Source: a virus (lineage: Duplodnaviria; Caudoviricetes). From it: DNA of 64,000 bases. The translations under genes and the position numbers were made by a program. Location of the stretch: IMG/VR virus record IMGVR_UViG_2773858042_000003, positions 1 to 64,000 of that record; one strand, written 5' to 3'. Below the pieces are notes generated by a model, which saw nothing but the letters and a program-made list of their open reading frames with translations, searched no databases and was not told where the DNA came from. Positions 44,463 through 52,485 of this stretch are shown one piece after another (the stretch's first letter is position 1; the number at the start of each line of letters is the position of its first letter).

Positions 44463-44934
44463 CGGCCGCCTCCATTCGGGTGAGGGCGTCGGTCGCCCGT
44501 TTGGCATAGACGGCCGCCAGGGCCGCATCCGCCGCTTGTTTGCCTTCGCGGCGTTCCAGGTCGGCCAGCATGGCGTCCAGGGATCCGCTGCGGACCTGAT
44601 CGCGGAAGCTGACCAGGGCGGCGACGCGGCCGTTGCACCGCTTGCCCCAGTCCTTTTGCTTCGAGCCTTCCGGCTGGAACGGCTCGCCGGCCGTGGCGCA
44701 GATCTCGCGCGCCTGCGTCAGCAGCAGGTCGCGATCATCCTTGGCCTGTTCCATCCAGTAGTAGGCCGCCGCGAAGCCGATCATCAGGATCAGCAGTGTC
44801 AGGAACTTGCGCTGGGCTTTTGCCCATTCCCGAAAACCGGCCAGGAAGAACCAGGCCGCGATCCCCGCCACCGGCACGGCGAAGATCGCGAGCGACTTCA
44901 GGCCCGCGACGAGAGCGAAGATCGAGGCCAGCAT
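44389..44934 (-). CDS. i-spanin-like membrane protein
   Basis: N-terminal TM helices then coiled coil. Confidence 0.65.
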   Translation of the reverse strand: MLASIFALVAGLKSLAIFAVPVAGIAAWFFLAGFREWAKAQRKFLTLLILMIGFAAAYYWMEQAKDDRDLLLTQAREICATAGEPFQPEGSKQKDWGKRCNGRVAALVSFRDQVRSGSLDAMLADLERREGKQAADAALAAVYAKRATDALTRMEAADAAVKDDRVGGDWAAAVNDLAGLR

Positions 44935-44936
44935 GA

Positions 44937-45470
44937 TCAGGCCGCCTCAGCCGACAGACGCTCACGCAGCGCATAGCCTTCAAGAGGCCAGAGCTGTTTG
45001 ATGGCGTCCTCATAGGCGAAAGTCCGCCCCTTCTCCGCGTCGAAGTTCTCGGGCGAAGCCGGAGCGGATTTGCCGATCACGGTGAAGCCGTTCTCCATCA
45101 CCAGGATGCAGATCGTCAGGAGCTTCAGCGGATCGCCGTCGTAGCTGACGGTGTCTTCGGCCGTCGTCACGCCCTGATCGGCGGTGAAGAAGTGCTGTCG
45201 CTGGATCTTGCCCTCCATATCCGCGAGCGAGACGCGGGAATGGGTGGCTTTGGATGCGCTGTAGGCTTCCGTCGCCTGAAGGGCTGGCGATGCGGTCGCA
45301 CCCAGGCCAGCGACAGCCAACGTCGCCGCCATCATTTCTGGCGCAGCTGCGGCGTGAGCGGCTGCGGCGATCATGGGGGCGGCCTCGGCGGCCGAAAACG
45401 AACAAGCTGCAAGCGCGGCTCCGGCGAAACACAGGCCGATGATGGCAATGATCTTTCGGGTCATGGTCAT
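44937..45470 (-). CDS. Phage gp49/gp66-family protein with signal/lipoprotein-like N-terminus
   Basis: LTICILVMENGFTV.G.SAPASPENFDAE.G...AY.DA..QLWPLEGYAL; leader ends in LAAC. Confidence 0.8.
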   Translation of the reverse strand: MTMTRKIIAIIGLCFAGAALAACSFSAAEAAPMIAAAAHAAAAPEMMAATLAVAGLGATASPALQATEAYSASKATHSRVSLADMEGKIQRQHFFTADQGVTTAEDTVSYDGDPLKLLTICILVMENGFTVIGKSAPASPENFDAEKGRTFAYEDAIKQLWPLEGYALRERLSAEAA

Positions 45471-45525
45471 TCCTCAAATGCCGGGAGAGCGCCCGGCTCG
45501 CATCCCGCCATTCGGCGGCGATCTG

Positions 45526-45984
45526 CTAGCCGATCCCCGGCGAATACTTCGTCTTCCCGCCCACCTTGCGCGCGGTCAGCAGCTGCCTGCGCTTGCCGGG
45601 ACCGAAGCCGACATGCACCCACTGATCGAACTCTTCGATGATCTGGTCGAAGTCCTTCAGGTTCTTGGCTAGGAAGGCGGCGACCTGGGCGGGCGTGCCG
45701 AACGACGGGCAGATGAAGTCCACGGCATGGCCGGTGCGGTGCGCGCTGGTCGGCGATCCGCCCACGGCCTTGTTGACCTCGGGGCTGCGATAGCCGGACA
45801 GGACGCTGATCGGCCGGTCGCCCAGCAAGGTCCGCACATGCTCCATGCGGTCGGCCGTCAGGAACAGCTGATCGACGATGTGCGGCGGCGCGATATTGGC
45901 GATGCCCTTGCGGGCCGCCGTGGCGGAATGGGTCATCTCGGCGAGCGAGAAATGCGCCGACAGGCGCTGGGAGGGATTGGTCAA
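45526..45984 (-). CDS. Endolysin, M15A D-Ala-D-Ala carboxypeptidase type
   Basis: LS.HFSL.E, SGYRSPEVN.AVGG...SAH..G.AVD, FDQ.I.E..WVH. Confidence 0.9.
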   Translation of the reverse strand: MTNPSQRLSAHFSLAEMTHSATAARKGIANIAPPHIVDQLFLTADRMEHVRTLLGDRPISVLSGYRSPEVNKAVGGSPTSAHRTGHAVDFICPSFGTPAQVAAFLAKNLKDFDQIIEEFDQWVHVGFGPGKRRQLLTARKVGGKTKYSPGIG

Positions 45985-46235
45985 GGCTCAACTCCTTCGC
46001 AGCCCTGGTCGAGGGCATAGACAGCGGCATCGTCGAGGGCGCGGTGGATGAAGGTCGTTCCGTTCTCGCTCTCGCGGTTCAGCGCGGAGACAAGCTCCCG
46101 CGCGTAAGTCGGCAGGTCAGAGACCCGATAGGCGCCATAGCCGCGCTGATCCCACACGACGGTGCTGGATGCTTCCAATGTGGCCAGCGGCACGCGGATG
46201 ACGATTTCCTCGCCTTCGATCTTGGCAAGCTCCAT
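45981..46235 (-). CDS. Hypothetical protein
   Basis: Coupled ORF in the lysis cassette. Confidence 0.6.
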   Translation of the reverse strand: MELAKIEGEEIVIRVPLATLEASSTVVWDQRGYGAYRVSDLPTYARELVSALNRESENGTTFIHRALDDAAVYALDQGCEGVEP

Positions 46236-46624
46236 CAGCCTTCTCCTTCAGTGTTCGGGGGAACCGGCGCGGCGCCGCGACGCGGAACCCAGCTGCCGAG
46301 ATTGGTGAAGAACAGTTTCAGCCCGCCGGACGCGCCGGCGATGAAGGCCTCGCGCAGGGGCTTGTAGGCCTTGAAAGCAAGCGTCCCGACGACGAAGCCG
46401 ACGGCGTTGATCAGGGGCAGGGGCCAGTGGAACACATGGCCGGCGGCCGGGACCAGGAAGGCGGCGAAGGTGACGCCCACGGTCCATTGCGCCAGGCGGT
46501 CGCGCCAGCCCAGGCCGGGCTCCCACATTTGACCGATGGCCGCGCCCACGGCGCCCGGCACGAACGGCTCCAGCCAGTGACGCAGACCGTCCAGGATTTC
46601 GAGAAGGGCCGGTTTCCAGTGCAT
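46235..46624 (-). CDS. Holin candidate
   Basis: Three TM segments upstream of the endolysin. Confidence 0.65.
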   Translation of the reverse strand: MHWKPALLEILDGLRHWLEPFVPGAVGAAIGQMWEPGLGWRDRLAQWTVGVTFAAFLVPAAGHVFHWPLPLINAVGFVVGTLAFKAYKPLREAFIAGASGGLKLFFTNLGSWVPRRGAAPVPPNTEGEG

Positions 46625-49058
46625 CAGCCCACGCTCACGACGATTTCGGGACGCCCGTCAGCCAGGACGCGGCGAACGCGACCCAGCCGGATCAGGCTTT
46701 GCTCAGGCGTCAGGTCCGCCGCATTGACGGCCTGGGCGGTGATGCCGCCGCCGGGCGCTTCGACGGGGACCAGATACTGCCCCACGGTCGCGCCCTGGAT
46801 GTTGACCGGAACCTTGCCCGCATAGGCGATGCGGTCGAACGGCGCACGCGCCTCGTCCATCACGGCGGACCATCCGGCATAGGCGGCCTGCCAGGCGGGC
46901 AGGGTCTCGGTTTCGAACACGGCCTGGGCGGCAGCGACGGCCTCGGCATGGGCCGCCTCGTCTTCAAGACGGATCGCGACGGCCGCCGCCCATTCGGCTT
47001 CCAGCCGTGCGGCTTCCTCGGCGATGTCGGCCTCGATCGCAATCAGGGTCGCCCGCGCCGCAGCCCATTCCGGGTCGGCGCTCAGCATCGCCTCGACCTC
47101 GGCGGGGGTCGCCGCCGGATCCACGAACGGGACCAGGGCGGCGGTGCGCTCCATCAGCGCCACCTTGGCCTCCAGGCGCTCCTTGGAAACGCGCGGCTGG
47201 GGCGGCGTCTTGCCGGGATCCGGCGCGCCGGCATAGGCGGGCGGCGTGAAGATCGGACGCTCGGGCGCGGAGGGCAGACCGTCAAACACTTCGTCGCCGC
47301 CGCACAGGGCCGGACGCGTGGACTTGATCTGGAAGCTGATCGCCTGGTCCCAGCGGTCGGTCAGGCGGCCTTCGGCGTCGAAGCCAACCACGTCGCCCTT
47401 GATCACGTCGCGGCCGGACGCCAGCAGATCGGCGGACTTGCGTTCATATTCCGCATAGTCCGCGCCCGAGGCGTTGACGGTGCCGCCCGCATTGATGGCC
47501 CGCCCGGTCACGCTGTCGGCGCGGACGCGCAGGCCGGTGTTGGCCGCGTTCCCGGCCGCGCCCCGCCCGGTATAGATCTCGACGCCCGAATAGTTGTCGG
47601 CCGATGCGAACCGGCCGACCATCACGCCGTCCAGGCTGAAGTCGGCTGTGACGTTCAGCTTCGCCGCCCCCAACACCGCCGCCGCGCCGATGGCGACGCC
47701 GGCCGTCGAAACCTCCATGGCGCTGGTGTTGTCGGCCTTGTCGCGCACCAGCAGGGCGGCGTCCGCGAGGACGAAGCGCCAGCGGCCCGCGCCATCGACA
47801 TAGGATCGGGCGCGGTCCACGCCTGGCCCCTGCCAGGCCGCACCCTTCTGTCGGCCATTGCCGAACAGGACCGCCGCCGTGGTGAAGGTGCCGACCGTCA
47901 AGTTCAGCGCCGTGTCCGCGACCTCGTAATCACCGTTGAACGACAGACCCGCGCCGTTGGCGTTGGTCCCGCCCAGCTTGATGACATTGCCCCAGCTGCC
48001 GCCATGGGCGCCGAACTGGATGCCGGCCCCGGCGATGTTCCAGTTGAAGACGTTGAAATAGGCCCCCGCGCAACCTGCGCCGGGCGTGGTTCCGGGCGTG
48101 CCCTGCACATCCCCTTCTAAGCCCACCAGCTTGCAGCCATTGGCGCCAGGCTTGTTCGAGGCGATGAAGTTCGCCCCGAAACCGACATCGCCCGACTGGC
48201 GCGCGTTGACGATCCCCATCACGGCGACGCCGTCGGTGTTGGACCCCGCGCCGTCCATGTTGACGACCGACAGGAAGCCCGGTTGCGGAACCTCGACCGG
48301 GCTGCTGGCCTCGGGACCGAATGTGCGCTCCAGCACCAGGCCGCCGCGCACCTTGCCCCCGCCCACTGGCCGGCCTCAAAGGTCGGATCATAGACGCCGG
48401 ACGACCGGACGAAGTCGGCGGACATCCTCAGGCCCGGCACGACCGCCTGTGGCCCGGGCGCCAGATCGACGATCTCAAGATTGTCCTTGAAGACCGCCGG
48501 ATCGTCGGCGTTGTCGCCGAGCCGGTTCAGCTTGTTCAGCCCATCGAAGTCGTCGGGCCGGGTCCGCGCCACCGGCCGGCCATCGGCCCCGATGGTGATG
48601 AACCGCTCGCCGTCCCCCGGTGCCCAGGCCACTTCGCCGCCGGCGCCCGGCGCCAGCAACAGCGCGCGGTCCAGGTCGTCGCGATCCTCTTCAGCAATCC
48701 GCATCTGCTTGTCGAGCGCACGCTCGGTCGCCCGCGGCTTGTGACCCTCCGTGTCAGGAAGGGCGACGGCCTGACGCCGGGGCGTGCGGCGGCGAAGGAT
48801 CAGACGGGTTCCTGCGGACCACCCGCCGATCGGCGTCAGCGACGGCGACAAAGACACGCTTCCGCCGGAGACGAGCGGGTCTGCGGCCGTCACCGTATAA
48901 TCGGCTCCGGCGGTCAGAGGTGCGCCGGCCGCGCCATTGACCTCGATCCACACACGAATATCGCCCGCATCGGCGTATCGCCAGCCGGTCGCGAACGGAC
49001 CGACAGCCGACCCTGTCAGGGCATAGGACGTGATCGAGGGCGATGGGGTCGTCGTCAT
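46624..49058 (-). CDS. Tail fibre/spike split by a -1 frameshift at 48356-48360; T7-like N-domain, C-terminal peptidase-G2-like chaperone
   Basis: N-half 48219..49058 (F...W......I.V, YTV, RRRTP.RQ, ERALDK); C-half 46624..48366 (GADYAEY, GDVVG, IAYAGKVPV). Confidence 0.75.
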
Positions 49059-49065
49059 GGCGCCC

Positions 49066-49100
49066 ACTCTGCCGACGCCACGACAGGGGGCGGACGAACC
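49066..49100 (-). promoter_or_regulatory. Conserved late-promoter-like motif, copy 1
   Basis: TCGTCCGCCCC-N6-TGGCG-N4-CAGAGT-N7-ATG. Confidence 0.65.
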
Positions 49101-49109
49101 GCCGGGCCA

Positions 49110-51843
49110 TCAGGCTCCGATGGCTTCCGACGGGCTGATGATGAACCCGGCGCCGGTCTGTTCCTCGACCCGGTTTTCATAGCGTTCGACGCTGCCGGGG
49201 CTGATGGCCTCCTGGATCCGGTAGAGCAGCAGATAGTCCAGCGCCGTTCGCGCGTAGAACAGGTTCAGGAACGGCGTGTTGTCCTTAGCGAACCGGAAGC
49301 CCGCCGCCGGCACGTCTTCCAGCCGCTCGGGATCGCCGCTGATCAGGTCGGCCATGATGCCGCGCAGCTTCTCGGCCTCGCCGACGGCGGGACCAGCGAA
49401 GGCAGACAGGGTCGCGGGCATGCCGTTGCGGCTGGCCTCGCCGAAGAAGAAGTCGCCATACAGGCCCAGCCCGCCGCCTTGCAGCAGCGACGCCAGAAAC
49501 AGCTTGCCGCCCTGGAACTCGCCGTCGTCGTCCGTCATCGGCCGCAGCTCGCGGCCCTTGGCGACCTGTTTGGCCTGAAGCGACAGATAGCCCAGCGCCG
49601 TGCTGGCCAGGATCAGGTGGGCGAGGAGGGCGACTGGGGCTTGTCCGGCGTACCCCTTTGCGGCCGGGGCGACGTGACGGCCCATGATCGCGGCCGAAAA
49701 GCTCCAGAACTGGGTGAAGCTGCGCACGGCCTCGCCCCACACGGTGCCGGGCTTGATCCCGCGCGTCATCGCCACCCGCTCGCGCGCCCGCGCCTCGGTC
49801 ATGGCGTCGTCCAGAACCCCGCCGACCATGGCCTGCACCCGCACGCGCAAGTCCTCGCGCAGCCGCCGCGCCGCTTCTGGCGTCGCCGCCTCGCCGGACA
49901 GGCCCGCCCGCTTGAACAGGTCGCGGTCCGACACCCCGTCCAGCGCTTCGAAGGTGAAATAGCGGCGATCTTCCGGGTCGGCCGTGTCCGCCGCGTCCAG
50001 CGCCGCCTCCCGACGCGACCGCATCCCGGCGAACCCCTCAGCCGCCTGTTCCGGTTCGATCAGCCCCTTGCGCACCAGCTCCCAGTCATCGGCCTCGATG
50101 CCGTAGCGTTCCAGCGTTTCGCGCGTCCCGGCGTTCAGCGCGCCCCAGGCGTTCCGAGCCTCGGCCCCCAGATGCGCCGAATACATTTCCGCCACGCCGC
50201 GCCGCAGCCCGTCCTGCCAGAACTCGAACAGGTTGATGCGATAGAAGAACCGCTGCGCCTGCGCCGCCATCCCCAGCGGCCCGTCCGCCGCATGGAAACG
50301 CCCTGTCAGGTGCGCCGCCGCCGACCGCGCGCCTACGTCCAGCAGGTCCGCCGCCGCCTTGCCTTCCGCGCCCTGCATCCGCGTCACGCCCTGGAGCGCG
50401 CCGTTATAGCCGTCCAGCCAGGTCGCGCCCGCGCGCTTCATCGCCGTGGCCGCCAGCGATGTGTCCGACAGGCCCGACAGCACCATGCCGCCCAGCTTGG
50501 CCAGCGACTGCTGCAACCGGATCGACCGGCCGATCATGGCCAGGCGAAGACTGTCCGGCTGGTTGCCCGCGCCGGTCAGCTCGTCGAACTCGGCGCGGCG
50601 CTGCGCCCGCATCAGGCGATTGGCCGCGCCCGCATCGCCGCGCGCCCGCGCCTCGGCGTGCAGCTTGCCCACGGTGTTTTCGAACATCGCTTCCGGCGCC
50701 GGACCCCAGCGGTTCATCAGGGCCGTGTTGCGCGCCGCCCGTTCCAGCTCGCCCATGGCGTTGGCCAGCAGCGAGCCGCGCCCGAACCGCAGCGCATAGT
50801 CGTGCGCGTCGTCCGGCGTCTTGTAGTGCAGCACCCGGTGCTTCGACACGCTGCGCGCCTTGGACGCGGGCGGGCGAAAATCGCCGATGTCGTCCAGTCC
50901 GCCCAGAACCTCGGACTTGCCGGACACGATGTCGAACCAGACGCGATACAGAAACACCTCGCGCACATCGGCCGCGTCGTCGATCGCGCCGGCGCGGTGC
51001 AACGCCTTGGCGTCGTCCAGCCAACCGTCCTCGACATCGCGCGCCTCGATCCCGGCGAACGTCTCGTCCGCCAGTTTCGGCCGGATGAAGTCGCGCCATT
51101 CACGAAACGCCCGGCGGCTGGCCTTCAGGCTGGCGCCCTTCATGTCCTTGATGGCGCCCAGCCCGCCCGCCTGGAACTCGCGCCAGAAACCGCCGGACAC
51201 GCGCAGCCGATCATGGCTCTGCCGCCCGGAATAGCCGTCCAGCCGCCCGATCCACGCCCCCACATCGTTCTGCATCAGCCGGCCCTTTTCGCTCAGGGCG
51301 TTCAGCATCTCCGCGACCTTCAGGGCGTCCGGGTCGCCGGTCGGTGCGATGTCCGCCCCGTTCAGCCGCGACCGCTCGCGCCGGATCGCCCGTTCGAACC
51401 CTTCGTCGACGGCGAACCCAGACAGCTTGTCCATCAGGCCTGCGTCGCGCAGCTGGCGCTCGGCCTCGCCCCACAGCGCAACAGTTCGCGCCCGCGCCTC
51501 GGCGTCCACGCTGAACGATCCGCCCAGGCCCTGTTTTTCCGACCCGACGTTATAGGCCTTCAGCCGATCCGCCTCGTCCCCGATCGCCGTCATCCCCGCC
51601 AGCTGGGCGTCAATCTTCTGGCTGGCGCGCTGCGACGCGACGCGCAGCCGCTGCTCGCTCAGGCGCGCGAACAGCTCCTCCTTCGTCAACTCGGCCGCCG
51701 CTTCCTGGATCGCCGCCTTATCGAACGCCTCGCCCTTGCGCTGCGCCTTCTTCAGCATCCGGTTCAGGATGTCGTCGATCTGCTCGTCGCTGAAGGCGTC
51801 CCCCGTCGCCATGCGGACGGGCTGGTGACAAACGCGGCTCATG
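49110..51843 (-). CDS. Large internal virion (ejection) protein
   Basis: About 910 aa, helical; Y.GQ.HD near the N-terminus, GG.G..GD and ..TPF.NL.Y near the C-terminus. Confidence 0.7.
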
Positions 51844-52210
51844 CTGCCCTCACGCTGGTTTCGGGCAGGCCAAGGACAACTGCGCAGACTGTCCGCAGGC
51901 TTTGGAGGCCCTGATGGTCCCGCCAACACAGGTCATAGACGGCGTCGAGGCTGCACCGACCATCGACGCTGAAATGAAAGATCACAGCCCTACGTTCGGC
52001 AGCCGTCAGCGGACGCGGCCCGCTCGCCTGGTCATGGATTTCGGCGACCGCGCCAAACTTATCGAGCGCCGAGACGGGAAAGAGAGCCCAGCGGTCACGA
52101 CGCCTGTCCACGCACACAGCAACGAAACCATCCTCGACGGACTTTTTGCATGTCGGGTAGCTGCAGAGGCGGTCTCTTATCAGCCGCGTTTCGGCATGGG
52201 TTCGGGTCAT
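51839..52210 (-). CDS. Hypothetical Cys-containing accessory protein
   Basis: Start MTRTH overlaps the previous stop; CSYPTC. Confidence 0.45.
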   Translation of the reverse strand: MTRTHAETRLIRDRLCSYPTCKKSVEDGFVAVCVDRRRDRWALFPVSALDKFGAVAEIHDQASGPRPLTAAERRAVIFHFSVDGRCSLDAVYDLCWRDHQGLQSLRTVCAVVLGLPETSVRAA

Positions 52211-52446
52211 GGCGCCCTCTCGACGGTCAGTCTGAAATCGGCGGCGATCAGGGCGCCGCAGTCGCATTCGAAGCCGGGCTGCTCGCCCAGGCGCCAGACC
52301 CCGGCTGGGTCTTCGCGGAAGTCCAGGTCACGCGTCAGCATGTGCGTCACGTCGCAGGCCGGGCAATCGAACTGCACCTGGTCCGGCATGACCATGACGC
52401 AGGCGAGGACAGGGCGGGCGAGGGCGCTTTTCGGGGCGGTCTTCAT
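52207..52446 (-). CDS. Small zinc-binding protein
   Basis: CPAC..H...CDC. Confidence 0.55.
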   Translation of the reverse strand: MKTAPKSALARPVLACVMVMPDQVQFDCPACDVTHMLTRDLDFREDPAGVWRLGEQPGFECDCGALIAADFRLTVERAP

Positions 52447-52453
52447 CCGTTAA

Positions 52454-52485
52454 CGAATGCGCGGTCATGCGACAAATTCGGACGC
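52454..52485 (-). promoter_or_regulatory. Degenerate copy of the late-promoter-like motif
   Basis: GCGTCCG-N19-CATTCG-N7-ATG, same spacing as the other copies. Confidence 0.4.

Noticed and set aside
46624-49058. Diversity-generating retroelement, given the BPP-1-like virion genes
   Set aside because: No reverse transcriptase and no TR/VR pair with adenine-specific mismatches seen in the window; the unseen part of the prophage cannot be assessed.
48321-51914. 1197-aa plus-strand ORF (and similar long ORFs such as 59072..61249, 22329..23747, 46699..48120, 56860..57975)
   Set aside because: Antisense shadows of real minus-strand genes, expected in high-GC DNA; no recognisable motifs.
51902-52453. 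Plus-strand 183-aa ORF
   Set aside because: No motifs; overlaps two coupled minus-strand ORFs that have a promoter-like motif.
52447-52456. TTAA as a CtrA site
   Set aside because: Only one half-site; no TTAA-N7-TTAA.
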